Origin: Mobula hypostoma
Taxonomy: Eukaryota
Assembly (NCBI RefSeq): GCF_963921235.1
Contig: NC_086109.1
Span: 37,884,001 to 37,948,000, forward strand
Length of the DNA: 64,000 bases
Reading direction: 5' to 3'
The notes beneath the pieces are model-generated. The model was not told the DNA's origin. It was given only the letters and a program-made list of their open reading frames with translations, and did no database searches. Shown piece by piece: positions 63,356 to 64,000 of this stretch. A program made the translations under genes and the position numbers. How positions within the stretch are numbered: the stretch's first letter is position 1; each line of letters starts with the position of its first letter.

Positions 63356-64000
63356 GGTTACGTACCCCGTAACTGGGTTGCCAAACCAGCAGAAATGGAT
63401 CACTCAGTTGGAGTCTGGATTACTAGAACTAAGTAAGTTTTATTAAAGAAACAAGCAACACAGTACTCTAATCAAAAGGATAATGAATGCAACAGTTCAG
63501 CAATGATAAACATACATGTACACAGAATTAAAATAACAGGATCAATCAAGCTCTATCGTTGTCTAGGGGTAAATGACCAGTTTCAAAGTGACGCAAAGTT
63601 CAGTTCAATTTAGTTCAGTTCAGTTCACAGTAATCGCTGCCGTGGCGATGGACAGTGGGGGGAAGGAGAGAGAGAGCAAAACGAATGAATATTCAAGGCT
63701 TCCACACAGACCTTCGCAGTCAGCTTTCGGGCGAGTCCTTTGTGATGTCATCTGAGGTCACTGACCGTGACCCCTCCGTTTCCAGATACGATCGTTTCCC
63801 TGCGGTGAACCTGGCACCCAGGCAAGGGTGGACACACACCAGGTTCCCGCCGATTGTGCCTTTCCACCCTGTGCATTTATGGCCCGGTACTTCCCACCGA
63901 CTTGTGAGAGACGCACCGCTTCCAGGGTCTTGTTACCTCGGGTGTCGTGTGTGTCTTGCCTTAGCAAACCTGTCCCTTTTTATCCCCCTGCTGGGGTATC
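63356..64000 (-). repeat. 5' LTR (partial)
   Basis: Colinear copy of 59278 onward with scattered substitutions. Terminal TG is changed to GG on the + strand. Confidence 0.92.

Larger units (their letters stand above)
59278..64000 (-). mobile_element. Gmr1-like Gypsy LTR retrotransposon, internally deleted; 5' LTR runs off the window end
   Basis: Gag with coiled coil (62645-63256), SCAN-like capsid region (62004-62654), CYNCEKVGHFASRC knuckle (about 62045-62085), protease RDTGACQS...LLGNDL, integrase-Zn LAH..GGHL, RT-end/RNase H remnants. PBS and PPT present. Confidence 0.92.

Overview
Eukaryotic vertebrate DNA, AT-rich and repeat-dense. The repeat families present (HE1/V-SINE-like, DeuSINE-like, CR1, Rex1/Babar, RTE, Penelope, Gmr1-like Gypsy) suggest a cartilaginous fish, probably a ray; this is an inference. 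The window appears to be intronic sequence of a minus-strand LGR5/LGR6-type LRR-GPCR gene. The only host exon found is the 72-nt LRR exon at 9591-9662 (DLSMNNINDLQPNSFEGLHFLEEL). Much of the remainder is nested, mostly decayed transposable elements. The standout observation is at 26929-27563: a small non-autonomous DNA transposon (13-bp TIRs, 6-bp TSD) carries a 306-nt uninterrupted, intron-less fragment of a VEGFR1/FLT1-like coding sequence. By comparison with the human gene structure as I recall it, the fragment is two exons spliced together and ends at exon boundaries, i.e. an mRNA-derived gene piece captured inside a DNA transposon. Other notable items: Penelope-associated minimal hammerhead ribozymes (including a tandem array), a composite Tc1-like element built from two mini-MITEs, a 5'-inverted RTE, an internally deleted Gmr1-like LTR element, and a TCF/LEF motif cluster. 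All family assignments are by eye from recalled motifs; no database search was run.
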